37,934 nucleotides of DNA from NCBI GenBank assembly GCA_037133055.1, contig JBAXOY010000016.1:1-37934 (forward strand). The letters are read 5' to 3'. Position 1 is the stretch's first letter, and each line of letters begins with the position of its first letter. The notes beneath the pieces are model-generated. The model was not told where the DNA came from, did no database searches, and was given only the letters and a program-made list of their open reading frames with translations. Made by a program: the position numbers and the translations under genes. This document shows, in pieces, positions 28,076-37,360 of this stretch. The stretch is from Chlamydiota bacterium (lineage in GTDB: Bacteria > Auribacterota > Tritonobacteria > UBA1439).

Positions 28076-28855
28076 TCACGCCTCCGCCATTCCCCCGATC
28101 AGGGCCGCCAGCGCCTCGCCGGGATCGCGCTCCCTGAGCAGCCGCTCGCCGACGAGGGCGGCCCTGATGCCGTGCCCCGCGAGCATTCTCAGGTCTTCCG
28201 GACTCCTGATGCCGCTTTCGCTCACAACCAGCCTGTCCGCGGGGATCAGGGGTCTCAGGGCGATCGTCCTGCCGATGTCCACCGAGAGGGTTCTCAAGTC
28301 CCGGTTGTTGATCCCGATGATGCGCGCCCCGGACTGCACGGCCGCGGCGACTTCCTCTGCCCCGTGGATCTCCACGAGCGGCGAGATCCCGAGTGTATAG
28401 CACAGCCCGACCAGATTTGCGACTTCTTGCGCCGGAAGAAGTCGCGCAATGATCAAAACGGCGTCCGCCCCCGCCGCCGCGGACTCGTACACCTGGTACT
28501 CGTCCACGATAAAATCCTTTCTCAGCACGGGGATGGACACCGCGCGCTTCACAAGTTCGAGGTGCTCCAGCGAACCCATGAAGCGGGTCTCCTCGGTGAG
28601 CACGGAGATCGCCGCCGCGCCCGAGAGCGCATAGCCGCGGGCGATGGCCGCCGGATCGTAGTCCCGGCGGATGATGCCGGCAGAGGGGGAGGCCTTCTTC
28701 ACCTCCGCGATCACCGCGAACGGCCTTCCCGCCAGGGCGGTGTAGAGATCGCGCGGCACGCGATCCGCCACCGCCTCTGCGAGCGCGGAGACGGGCACCT
28801 CCTTCGCGCGCCGGGAGATTTCCCGGCGCTTCGCGCTCACGATCCCGTCAAGCAA
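28076..28855 (-). CDS. trpC: Indole-3-glycerol phosphate synthase
   Basis: IAEVKKASPSAG, SVLTE, LRKDFI, GINNRDL, SESGI. Probable TTG start at 28855 with GAGGGGG SD (ORF track extends to 28882). Confidence 0.95.
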   Translation of the reverse strand: MLDGIVSAKRREISRRAKEVPVSALAEAVADRVPRDLYTALAGRPFAVIAEVKKASPSAGIIRRDYDPAAIARGYALSGAAAISVLTEETRFMGSLEHLELVKRAVSIPVLRKDFIVDEYQVYESAAAGADAVLIIARLLPAQEVANLVGLCYTLGISPLVEIHGAEEVAAAVQSGARIIGINNRDLRTLSVDIGRTIALRPLIPADRLVVSESGIRSPEDLRMLAGHGIRAALVGERLLRERDPGEALAALIGGMAEA

Positions 28856-28868
28856 GTCGTTTGCCCCC

Positions 28869-29381
28869 TCAAAACAGCCCAAGGAATTTTCTCCTCTCCG
28901 GCTTCGGATTTCTCCTGTGAAAACCCCTGTCGATCGAGATCAGCGTCTTCGGCTCGCATTGCAGGACGCCGGTTTCGAGGTAGATGAGTATCCTCCGCTC
29001 GGCGCGGTAGGTGGTGCCTTCTTCGGCGACCTCGGGCCGGCCGCTTAGCGTGACGAGGTGCCGCGTCGCCTCGTACTCGAGACGCTGTCCCCGGATCACC
29101 TTCTTCTCCGCCTTCGCCTCCACCGTGCCCACCGCGTCGAGGGAGCGGAAATACCCACCCGAGGTCCTGACGACGACCGTTCCCACACAGGTGACCGACA
29201 GCGCCCCGTGGGTGAACTCCGATCTCCCCTTCGCGCTGACGCCGCCCGTGTCGTCCCGCGACAGCGCGGACCCGCGCACCGTGACCTCGTTCCGGTCGGC
29301 TGCCGGTATCTTTATCTCCGCAAGGGGTGCGGCCCCTATCCATGCCGCGGCCGCCAGCGCCGCCATCAGTATCGTGCGCAT
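28869..29381 (-). CDS. Exported LptA/OstA-like beta-jellyroll protein
   Basis: Signal peptide; pattern LDAVGTVE...RGQRLEYEA...VTLSGRPEV...ERRILIYLETG resembles LptA/OstA. Confidence 0.65.
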   Translation of the reverse strand: MRTILMAALAAAAWIGAAPLAEIKIPAADRNEVTVRGSALSRDDTGGVSAKGRSEFTHGALSVTCVGTVVVRTSGGYFRSLDAVGTVEAKAEKKVIRGQRLEYEATRHLVTLSGRPEVAEEGTTYRAERRILIYLETGVLQCEPKTLISIDRGFHRRNPKPERRKFLGLF

Positions 29382-29468
29382 CTTCGAGGTCCCTCCGTAA
29401 TCGTCCGCACCGTTGTAAACCGCGCGCGGCGCGTGTCGCGCGAACGCCGGGTGATCCGTCGTAACTAC

Positions 29469-29595
29469 TCACGTAGTCAGAAGCCAGGAGCCAGAATCCA
29501 GAATGGGGCGCGCATACACTTCCAGTAGCTTACCGAATTGACTCGGAAACCTCGCCGTATCCCAAGTCCTCAACTATCGCCGCCGGCGTCCTCAT
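29469..29595 (-). pseudogene. Internally deleted and frameshifted four-helix-bundle (23S rRNA IVP-like) gene remnant
   Basis: Minus strand ATG 29595 gives MRTPAAIVEDLGYGEVSESIR* (stop 29530-29532); a shifted frame gives GKLLEVYARPILDSGSWLLTT* (stop 29469-29471). These pieces resemble, from memory, the N-terminus (MRxPA) and C-terminus (DLGYG...KLLExY..xIL) of that family. Confidence 0.65.
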
Positions 29596-29634
29596 TCCAA
29601 CTCCTGGCTCCTGACTCCTGAATTCTGGCTCCTG
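29475..29634. repeat. Inverted pair of heptamer arrays bracketing the pseudogene
   Basis: agtcaga-agccagg-agccaga-atccaga (29475-29502) and ctcctgg-ctcctga-ctcctga-attctgg-ctcctga (from 29601). CAGGAGCCAGAA and its reverse complement TTCTGGCTCCTG occur on the two sides. Confidence 0.85.
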
Positions 29635-29649
29635 AGCAGTTACGATCCA

Positions 29650-30600
29650 TCAGGATATGGCCAGGAGCACCTTGCGGGCGCCCGCCGCGGCGCGCATCGC
29701 CTCGATCCCCTTCTCCATCGGGAACTCGGCGCTCACCATGGCGGATACGTCCACCGATCGCGAAGCGAGAGATCCGAGCGCCCGGTCGAAGGGGCCGCAG
29801 CGGGAGCCGATGACCGTGACCTCGTTGACGACGAGCGGGGCGAGCCCTATCGTGTGCGATCCGGCAATCGTGGTCTTCAGCACGATCCTCCCCGTGGGCT
29901 TGACGATCCTCAATGCCGTCTTGAGGCCGGAGGAATGCCCCGTCGCCTCCACGACCAGGTCCGCCCGCGGAAGCCTGCCGGGGCGCCCGATCAGCCGGGT
30001 CTTCGCGCCCGCCCCGCGCGCAAGGGCAAGCTTCTCTTCGTGTTTGCCGAGCAGCGTCACCGGGACGCCTTCGGCCGCGAACACCATGGCGACGAGGAGG
30101 CCGAGCCTCCCGTCCCCGAGCACAACGACATCCTCCCCCTTCGAGGGCGAGCCCTGGATCAGCGCCTGCCACGCGGCCGCCAGCGGTTCGGAGAATACCG
30201 CCTCTCGGTCGGTGACCCCTTCTGGCACCGCGTGAAGGTTCTTGTCGGGAAGGGCGAGATAGTCCGCGAACGCCCCGTCGCGCCCCTGTATCCCGAGAAC
30301 GCTCCTCGTCGGGCAGTGTTTCCCAAGGCCCCGGCGGCAAAGCGCGCAGCGGCCGCACGGGCAGTTGATCTCCCCCACCACCCGCGCCCCGATGAGATCC
30401 GCTCTGTCGCTCTCCGCCACGCGGCCCACAAACTCGTGCCCGAGAACTCCGCGAAAGTCCATGTACCCCTTGACGATCTCGATGTCGGTCGCGCAGATCC
30501 CCGCGAGGGAAACGGCCACCAGGGATTCCCCCGGCTTCCGCTCCGGCCGAGGGTAGTCGTCCCGCAGGCGGAGTTTTCCGTCATAGACGAGCGCGCGCAT
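29650..30600 (-). CDS. Zn-dependent alcohol dehydrogenase (MDR family)
   Basis: GICATD, LGHEFVG, CPCGRCALC...HC structural Zn site, GDGRLG, GSRCGPF; start ATG 30600. Confidence 0.92.
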   Translation of the reverse strand: MRALVYDGKLRLRDDYPRPERKPGESLVAVSLAGICATDIEIVKGYMDFRGVLGHEFVGRVAESDRADLIGARVVGEINCPCGRCALCRRGLGKHCPTRSVLGIQGRDGAFADYLALPDKNLHAVPEGVTDREAVFSEPLAAAWQALIQGSPSKGEDVVVLGDGRLGLLVAMVFAAEGVPVTLLGKHEEKLALARGAGAKTRLIGRPGRLPRADLVVEATGHSSGLKTALRIVKPTGRIVLKTTIAGSHTIGLAPLVVNEVTVIGSRCGPFDRALGSLASRSVDVSAMVSAEFPMEKGIEAMRAAAGARKVLLAIS

Positions 30601-30631
30601 GATCTGTCGGCACCTTTCGCATGAGAATGTA

Positions 30632-31534
30632 CTACCTTGCGGGCACGAGGTCAATTTCATCCGCTCCCGCAAAAAGCGAGATACAGTGCTCCCCGAAGCA
30701 TGGGGCACGGGACACCGCCCCGGCGGCGGCTGACAGCCGCTCACCAATCGCCGGCGCGGCGCATTCCAGGATGCTCCCGGCCCCGAGGTCCCTCCGGTGG
30801 AAGCAGGGATACACGGACCCGTCGCAGTCGAGCACGAGCGCCTCCGAGCCCATCGTGCACGCCCGGGGCTTCAGCGGTTCCCCTCTCCCGTAGAGGCCGA
30901 GGACGAGACGGGCATAGGGCGTCATCCCTGCGTGCTGCGCCCACGCGAGGAGGGCCGGCTCCACGACGCGCCATTCCTCATCCGTGAAGTGCCGCGGCGA
31001 GAGGTCTCTCTCTCCTTTTGATCCCGGGGGGATAAACGCGGGCTGAAGGAGCGCGTCGATCCCCCTGTCTTCAGCCCACGCGACGATCGCCGGGATCTCG
31101 CGCGCGTTCCCCCGGTGAAACGCGATGATGGCGGTGAGCGGGACCCGGCCGGCCCCCGCCAGCGCCGCGACCGCCGCTTCCCGCGGCGGCAGCGTGGCGG
31201 TGTCGTTGACCGAGAGGGAGACCGCCTCCAGCCCCGCGCCCAGAACGGCGCGCACGGTGTCCCCTTCGATCAGATCGCCGTTCGTCAGAAGGAGGCGCGC
31301 CATGCCGCGCTCCCCCGCCCTCGCGAGGAGCCGCGCCATATCGCCACGGGTGAGCGGTTCGCCTCCCGTGACGATGAGCTTCTTCACGCCCATGCCGGCG
31401 AGCCTCTCGACCGCATCGAGAAGCCGCGGCGTGTCCATCTCTCCCGCGGGATGGCTGAGGTATCCCGTGGAGTAGAAGCAGAACGGACAGCTTCGCGTGC
31501 AGCGCCGGGTCACGATCAGGAATGCGGTCTGCAT
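30632..31534 (-). CDS. Radical SAM protein with SPASM/twitch-like C-terminus
   Basis: CTRSCPFC, TGGEP, LLTNG, CTMG...DCDGSVYPC...CFGEHC. Confidence 0.9.
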   Translation of the reverse strand: MQTAFLIVTRRCTRSCPFCFYSTGYLSHPAGEMDTPRLLDAVERLAGMGVKKLIVTGGEPLTRGDMARLLARAGERGMARLLLTNGDLIEGDTVRAVLGAGLEAVSLSVNDTATLPPREAAVAALAGAGRVPLTAIIAFHRGNAREIPAIVAWAEDRGIDALLQPAFIPPGSKGERDLSPRHFTDEEWRVVEPALLAWAQHAGMTPYARLVLGLYGRGEPLKPRACTMGSEALVLDCDGSVYPCFHRRDLGAGSILECAAPAIGERLSAAAGAVSRAPCFGEHCISLFAGADEIDLVPAR

Positions 31535-31540
31535 CGCGGG

Positions 31541-32134
31541 TCAGAGGGAAGAGGCTAGTTTTCGGCCGAAGGCGAGCGCCTTCTCCCTCATGGCTGAATC
31601 CCGCGCGAGCCCCCCGACCTCGTGCGGAGCCTCGGGAACCAAAAGTGAGGAGAAGCTGCCGCCGGTAAAGGAGGCGAGAGCCCGGTAGGTGTCCTCGACG
31701 GCCTTGAGCCCCTGGCTGACGTCCGCCCCCGCCGAGGCGATCACGGCGATCGCGGTTCCCTTGAGCGCGGTGCTCACGGCGCCGGTTTCGAGATTGAATT
31801 TGAACAGCGAGTATCCCCTGTCCAGGAGGACCTTGATCTGGGCGGAGGGGCCGAAGAAGTAGACCGGCGTGGCGATGACGAGCGCGTCGAACCCCGGGAT
31901 GCGGGCGAGGAGCTCCGAAGCCTCGTCCTTCAGCACGCACCGGTACTCCTTCAGTTTCTGGCACCCGTAACACGAGGTGCATCCGTGCGACGCGTAGCGG
32001 AGCCTCGTCACGTCGACCTTTTCGACCTCGGCCCCGCAGCTTTTCGCTCCCTCGGCCGCCCAGTCCGCGAGCGTGTGCGTGTTGCCCTTCGGGCGCGGGC
32101 TTCCGCACAGGATCATGATCTTCTTCGGATTCAT
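31541..32134 (-). CDS. Flavodoxin-like iron-sulfur flavoprotein (NADPH-dependent FMN reductase family)
   Basis: GSPRPKGNT, CTSCYGC-x5-C, ATPVYF, KVLLDR. Confidence 0.88.
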   Translation of the reverse strand: MNPKKIMILCGSPRPKGNTHTLADWAAEGAKSCGAEVEKVDVTRLRYASHGCTSCYGCQKLKEYRCVLKDEASELLARIPGFDALVIATPVYFFGPSAQIKVLLDRGYSLFKFNLETGAVSTALKGTAIAVIASAGADVSQGLKAVEDTYRALASFTGGSFSSLLVPEAPHEVGGLARDSAMREKALAFGRKLASSL

Positions 32135-33030
32135 CGCCCCCTCCCCCTGTTTCCTCCGAGGCCAAGGCTGTTCACGATCTCCACGCAGGCCTCGGCCTTG
32201 TTGAGCGTGTAGAGATGGACTCCCGGGGCCCCGCGCTCCAGGAGATCGCGCGCCTGAGTTTTCGCGTGGGCGATTCCTACCTCGGCGACCGCTGCCGGTC
32301 CGCCCCGCCGGTGGGCGTCTTCAAGACGGGACAGGTAACCGGGGGGAAGATGCGCCCCGCACTTCGAGATGAGCCTGTCGATGGTCCCCAGGTTGAGGAT
32401 CGGGAGAATCCCGGGTATCAGGGGCTTGGCGATGCCCGCGGCCCGCGCCCTCCGCGTGAAATCCAGGTATACGGAGTTGTCGAAAAACAGCTGCGTGATC
32501 GCGAAGTCGGCTCCGAGATCGAGCTTTCTTTTCAGAAACGCGAGGTCCTCCTCCGCGCTCGGCGCCTCCGGATGCCCTTCCGGGTAGGCGGCGACCCCGA
32601 TCCCGAGCGAGGGGTGCCGCGCGCGTATGAGGGTCACGAGATCGGCCGCGCAGCGGAAATTCCCGCTGCCGTCGAAAGGGCAGGCCGCGCCGTCGGCGGG
32701 AGGGTCGCCCCGCAGGGCGAGGACATTGTCCACGCCCGCTCGTACCAGCGCGTCGAGGAACCCGTTCACGGAAGCGGCGGATGCCCCCATGCAGGTGAGG
32801 TGCGCCATCGTCTCGAGGTCGCACTCGTTCTTCAGGCGCGCGACGATTTCCATGGTGTTGTCGCGCGTGCTCCCCATCGCGCCGTACGTGACGGAAACGA
32901 ACAGGGGGTTCACCGCGCAAAGCTTCTCCGCCGCCGTGAAGAAGGCGGGCCACAGCGCCCGGTCGCGCGGGGGGAAGAATTCGAGCGAGATGAACTTCTC
33001 TTTTCTCCTGAGCAGCTCTGCGATGCGCAT
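32131..33030 (-). CDS. metF: 5,10-methylenetetrahydrofolate reductase
   Basis: SLEFFPP, SVTYGA, AHLTC, LALRGDPP, AYPEGHP, TQLFFD, HLYTLN. Confidence 0.96.
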   Translation of the reverse strand: MRIAELLRRKEKFISLEFFPPRDRALWPAFFTAAEKLCAVNPLFVSVTYGAMGSTRDNTMEIVARLKNECDLETMAHLTCMGASAASVNGFLDALVRAGVDNVLALRGDPPADGAACPFDGSGNFRCAADLVTLIRARHPSLGIGVAAYPEGHPEAPSAEEDLAFLKRKLDLGADFAITQLFFDNSVYLDFTRRARAAGIAKPLIPGILPILNLGTIDRLISKCGAHLPPGYLSRLEDAHRRGGPAAVAEVGIAHAKTQARDLLERGAPGVHLYTLNKAEACVEIVNSLGLGGNRGRGR

Positions 33031-33109
33031 GGGGGTTTCTCTAGAGCCGGTCGCTCCGGCGGGGGCTGGCCGACGCGGGAAAGTGTAGCATACCCCCCGG
33101 GCTTTGGCA

Positions 33110-33787
33110 TCAGCGCGGGGAGAAGCGCGGGGAGGAAAGCAGGGTTAGGATATCCTCCGGTTTTTCGAGCAGCGCCGCAGCCCCGTGGGCGAGGAGCTCG
33201 TCCGCCTCGCGGAACCCCCACAGGGCCCCCGCCGGATACATCCCCGCGGCGCGCGCGGTCGCCATGTCGATGCCCGAGTCGCCGACGTACACGAATTTTT
33301 CCGGCGGGATCCCGAGACCGCAGGCGACTTCAAGGGCCGAAGAGGGATCCGGCTTGAGCGGCACGCCGGGACGCGCGCCCACCACGCGGTCGAAATGCCA
33401 TTTCCCCATCTTCCGGGCGACGATCTCCCGCGTGCTTCCGTCCGGCTTGTTCGAGACGATGGCCATGCGGTATCCGTCCGCGGTCAGGCGGTCAAGGAGC
33501 CCCGGCACCCCGGGGTAGGGCTGCGTTTTGACGAGCCGATCGAGCGCATACTCGCGCCGCATCTCCTCGACGCACCGCGCGACCGTCGCCGCGTCGCGGT
33601 CCGTTTCGGGGAGCGCGCGGCGGGCGAGCTGATCGATCCCCTCCCCCACGAAATGCAGGTACGCCCTCGCGGGATGGCCGGGGAAGCCCATGCGGCCAAG
33701 CGCGGCGTTCATGGAGTCCGCGATGTCTTCGACGGTGTCGAGCAGCGTTCCGTCGAGGTCGAAGAGCAGCGCCCGGAACCGGCTCAT
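33110..33787 (-). CDS. HAD family hydrolase (phosphoglycolate phosphatase-like)
   Basis: FDLDGTLLDT, SNK, KPDP, VGDSGIDM, WGFR. Confidence 0.9.
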   Translation of the reverse strand: MSRFRALLFDLDGTLLDTVEDIADSMNAALGRMGFPGHPARAYLHFVGEGIDQLARRALPETDRDAATVARCVEEMRREYALDRLVKTQPYPGVPGLLDRLTADGYRMAIVSNKPDGSTREIVARKMGKWHFDRVVGARPGVPLKPDPSSALEVACGLGIPPEKFVYVGDSGIDMATARAAGMYPAGALWGFREADELLAHGAAALLEKPEDILTLLSSPRFSPR

Positions 33788-34356
33788 CCGCTCATCCCCT
33801 CGTCAGGCGCATCCTTCGCGCAATATTTCCGGACCTGGTCAAGGGGCTTCCGCGCCTTCCCCTCCGCCTTCGGGTCATCCGCCGGGTACCCCATGCTGAT
33901 CAGGATATCGACCCTCGTCCCCCGCGGCAGGCCGAGGGCCCGCTTCAGTGCCTTCTCGTCGAACCAGCCCAGCCAGCAGGTCCCCACCCCGTCCTCCGCG
34001 GCCTGGAGTACGAGGTGCTCGCAGGATATCCCGATGTCGATGAGGTTATAGCGCGTGCCCTTGAAGAATCCTCCGAGGCGGGCGGCATACGTGGACCGCT
34101 CCGTCACGACCGCGACGAGGACGGGCGCGTCCTTCACGAATGCGTTCATCGAGTAGATGCCCCCGAACACGCGAGGGGCGAGATCCGCCACTTTTTCAGG
34201 ATCGTCGATCACGATGAACGACCACGGCTGGGAATTGCAGGCGGAGGGGGCGAGACGCGCCGCCTCCAGGCACCGGTCGATCACCTGCCGCGACACGGGC
34301 TTCGGGGAATACCGCCGCACGCTCCGCCGCTCCTTCACGAGATCGAGAAAGTTCAT
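33784..34356 (-). CDS. Nitroreductase family protein
   Basis: RRSVRRY, ARLAPSACNSQPW, GTCWLGWF, GYP...RK. Confidence 0.92.
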   Translation of the reverse strand: MNFLDLVKERRSVRRYSPKPVSRQVIDRCLEAARLAPSACNSQPWSFIVIDDPEKVADLAPRVFGGIYSMNAFVKDAPVLVAVVTERSTYAARLGGFFKGTRYNLIDIGISCEHLVLQAAEDGVGTCWLGWFDEKALKRALGLPRGTRVDILISMGYPADDPKAEGKARKPLDQVRKYCAKDAPDEGMSG

Positions 34357-34371
34357 AGTGCCCTCCCCTCC

Positions 34372-35604
34372 TCAGCCGCTGCGCCCGATCGCGCAGCAGA
34401 CCTCCACGTGCGCGGTCTGGGGGAACATGTCGAACACCGCCGCCTCATCGAGGCGCCACGCCCCCCCGGCGCAGAGCCGCTTCAGGTCCCGCGCGAGCGT
34501 CGCGGGGTTGCACGAGACGTAGAGGATTTTCGCGAGCCTCCGGTCCGCCCCGGAGAGAAGGGCGACGAGAGATTCTTCCACGCCCCCGCGCGGGGGATCG
34601 AGGAGCGCGACGCTCTCCTCCGCGGCATAGCGGTCATAGAGCTCTCCAAACCGCTGTCCCGCCTCGCCGGGGATGAAGTGGCATTCCGCCCCTGTTCCAC
34701 GGGCGACATTTTCCCTGGCGCATGCGATGGCGCGCGCGTCGCGGTCGATGCCGACGACGCGCGCGAAACGGTCCCGGAGAAGCGCCGGAAATACCCCGAC
34801 CCCGCAGTGGAGGTCGAAGAGGGTCCCGCCCCCCCCGGCCGCGCCGGCCCATGCCGCAAGGCGCGAGGCGATCGCCGCCGCCACGGGCGTGTTCACCTGG
34901 AAAAACGACGCCGGGTTGAGCAGAAACCTGAATCCCCCGATCTCGCCGGACATGGAGCGCACCGCGGCCCATCCCGGGTGGACCACGACAAGGCCGTCGG
35001 CATCAACGCGGAGCGAGAGCTCATCGATCGTCGACCCCCTCGCCGCGCGCTTCTGTATGCCCGGCAGGGCGGCGTTGATCGCATCCATGGCGATCTCGCA
35101 GCGCGGCACCTCGACGAGCATCCGGTTGTCGAGGCAGTAAAAGCCGTAGCGGGGCTCTCTCCCGGGAAAGCGGTGTAGCCTGACCGAGTTCCTGTATCCG
35201 TACGCTCGGGGGGACGGGACCGCGTCGCCGCAGGTGAATTCCCCGAGCCCCCCTATCCGCGCGAGGATATCGAGGACCTGCCTCCGTTTCCACTCGACCT
35301 GCGACTCGTAGCGGAGGTGCTGGAGCCCGCAGCCGCCGCATCGGCCGAAAAGGCGGCAGGGCGGCGAAACCCGGTCGGCGGAGAATTCGATGATTTCGGC
35401 GGCGCGCCCGCGCAGATAATTTTTCCCGGTACGGGTGATCTCGACGAGGGCCCGTTCCCCCGGCAGGCCGCCCTCGACGAAGACGACCATCCCCTCGACT
35501 CGCGCGACCCCCTCCCCCCCGAAGGCGAGACCCTCGATGCGGCACTCGATCGTCCTGCCTTCCCCGGTCCGGGGGGGGCGCTTTTGTGCCCGGTCGCGCG
35601 GCAT
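34372..35604 (-). CDS. rlmD: RNA m5U methyltransferase, RlmD/TrmA family with TRAM domain
   Basis: TRAM (LAFGGEGVAR, GLPGE), C-x5-CGGC, FFQVN, LDPPRGG, YVSCNPATLARD, DMFPQTAHVE; start ATG 35604. Confidence 0.88.
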   Translation of the reverse strand: MPRDRAQKRPPRTGEGRTIECRIEGLAFGGEGVARVEGMVVFVEGGLPGERALVEITRTGKNYLRGRAAEIIEFSADRVSPPCRLFGRCGGCGLQHLRYESQVEWKRRQVLDILARIGGLGEFTCGDAVPSPRAYGYRNSVRLHRFPGREPRYGFYCLDNRMLVEVPRCEIAMDAINAALPGIQKRAARGSTIDELSLRVDADGLVVVHPGWAAVRSMSGEIGGFRFLLNPASFFQVNTPVAAAIASRLAAWAGAAGGGGTLFDLHCGVGVFPALLRDRFARVVGIDRDARAIACARENVARGTGAECHFIPGEAGQRFGELYDRYAAEESVALLDPPRGGVEESLVALLSGADRRLAKILYVSCNPATLARDLKRLCAGGAWRLDEAAVFDMFPQTAHVEVCCAIGRSG

Positions 35605-36215
35605 CAGAGCTCCTTCAACGCCTCGCGGAATCGGGCATAGTCCGTGATCGAGAGATAGGGGTTTTCGATCTTCTGCCTCCCCAGGGGCGCGCGCGGCGCA
35701 TGGCCGTAGTCGTGACCGGGATAGACCTCGAGGCTGTCCGCGAGGGGGTAGATGACCCCGCGCATGGTGCGGAACATCGCTTCGGGCTCGCAGTAGCCGC
35801 ACCAGTCGACGAACAGCGTGTCGCCGGTGAAGAGGGCCGAGTCATCGCCCAGACGGTAGACGACGCTGTCGGGGCTGTGACCGGGGGCATAGAGGCACTC
35901 GACGAAGATGCCGCCGAACGCGAGAAGCTGCCGATCGGCGAGATCGAGATCGTGCCGGGCCTGGCAGGCAGGATGCGCGGCGACGGGTGCGGGGAAAAAC
36001 CCGTGCACCTCCCTGACCCCCGACCAGTGGTCATGGTGCCCGTGCGTGAGCAGGATGTAGCGGGGGTTCACCCGCGAAAGCTGCGCGACGGCGGCCTTGA
36101 TGACCCTCGTGTCCCCGCACGGGTCCACGAGCGCGGCATCTCCGCTTCCCGGATCGTGGAGGAGATAGGAGAAGTTCGCGTCGAGGCCTCCCACCGCGAG
36201 CTGGGTGACGTTCAT
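35604..36215 (-). CDS. MBL-fold hydrolase (glyoxalase II-like)
   Basis: LTHGHHDH, PGHSPDS, FTGDTLF, YPGHDYG. Confidence 0.9.
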   Translation of the reverse strand: MNVTQLAVGGLDANFSYLLHDPGSGDAALVDPCGDTRVIKAAVAQLSRVNPRYILLTHGHHDHWSGVREVHGFFPAPVAAHPACQARHDLDLADRQLLAFGGIFVECLYAPGHSPDSVVYRLGDDSALFTGDTLFVDWCGYCEPEAMFRTMRGVIYPLADSLEVYPGHDYGHAPRAPLGRQKIENPYLSITDYARFREALKEL

Positions 36216-36291
36216 TTGGCCTTCTCCCGCGGCTTTTCCCCCTCACCCGTCGCGGCGGCCAGGCCCTGCCATCCACTCGCGGATATCCTCA

Positions 36292-37350
36292 TCATTGCAG
36301 AGGCTCCCCTCCCACCGATCTGAAACCGGATGGATCAAAATGCGCCTCCCGGTATCTCCTCCGGTGCCGCGTGAGGTGCCACCCCGGAACGCCCCCCGGG
36401 CGGCGCGCCCCGAGCGCATGTACAAGCCACGCGGCGGCAGCCATGAGCGCCAGGCAGAGCAGGACCGCGGCCGCCCTGCCGTGGCCATGCGATACCGGCG
36501 TGACGAGGCGCGAAATCCATCGGATTAGTACCGAAGGAATGCACGTCGCCAGCACCGCAACCCCCGAAACCTCTATCGCCCCAGAGGGGCAGAGATTGAT
36601 GCAGCGATAGCACTGCTGGCAGTCCCATCCCCACCGGGGGGTGCCGCCGCGCAACCGAATGGTGCCCTGCGGGCACTGCGCGGCGCATGCACCGCACTGC
36701 GTGCACCGCGCGGTGACGGTGAACCATTTGCCCCCGATGCGCCGTATCAGCGTGCTGAAAAGCAGATAGACAGGAGCGAAGAGAGGAAATAGGCACGTTG
36801 CCGCCAAGGCCCGTGCGCGTCCGGGGGTGTACGTGCCCGCGAGGACCGCCCCGGTGAACGTCCCGATCGCCGCCGCGGCCCGCTCCGTCATGGCGGAAGC
36901 CCGCTCTTTATCGGGCGGGTCGACCGCCATGATCCAGTTCGTGGGCATTTCGAGCGCGGACGCCCCGGAGAAAGAGTAGCCTTTCAGTCGCAGCCAAAAA
37001 GCGCTCTGGAGAACCGCGATCCCCTCCGTGGGGGGCAGCGAGAGCCGCCCGCGCCCTACGCAGACGGTTTCCGCATTCCCCATGGCGATGATGACGAACG
37101 CCTTCCGCCCCCTCCCCCGGGGAAGCCGGCGGAGAAAGCGCGCCGCCATCTGAGGAAGGCCGAACCCGAGGACCGGCGTAACGATGCCGATGAGGTCCGC
37201 ATCCCCGTGCGCGGGGTGAACGCGGAGGCTCTCGATGGGGCTGACCGCGGCGCGCACCCCGCGGCGCTCAAAGTCGCCCGCGGCGATGCGGGCAAGACAG
37301 GCGGCATTTCCCGTGCCGGTGAAGAAGTAGATGATTGCGCGGGGTTCCAT
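36292..37350 (-). CDS. EFR1-type flavodoxin/2x[4Fe-4S] ferredoxin protein with hydrophobic C-terminal extension
   Basis: YFFTGTGNA flavodoxin start, MPTNW, CTQCGACAAQCP and CQQCYRCINLCP; start ATG 37350. Confidence 0.85.
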   Translation of the reverse strand: MEPRAIIYFFTGTGNAACLARIAAGDFERRGVRAAVSPIESLRVHPAHGDADLIGIVTPVLGFGLPQMAARFLRRLPRGRGRKAFVIIAMGNAETVCVGRGRLSLPPTEGIAVLQSAFWLRLKGYSFSGASALEMPTNWIMAVDPPDKERASAMTERAAAAIGTFTGAVLAGTYTPGRARALAATCLFPLFAPVYLLFSTLIRRIGGKWFTVTARCTQCGACAAQCPQGTIRLRGGTPRWGWDCQQCYRCINLCPSGAIEVSGVAVLATCIPSVLIRWISRLVTPVSHGHGRAAAVLLCLALMAAAAWLVHALGARRPGGVPGWHLTRHRRRYREAHFDPSGFRSVGGEPLQ

Positions 37351-37360
37351 TATTTCTTTC

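Noticed and set aside
33031..33109. SAM riboswitch upstream of metF
   Set aside because: The spacer is only about 80 bp and lacks SAM-I core motifs.
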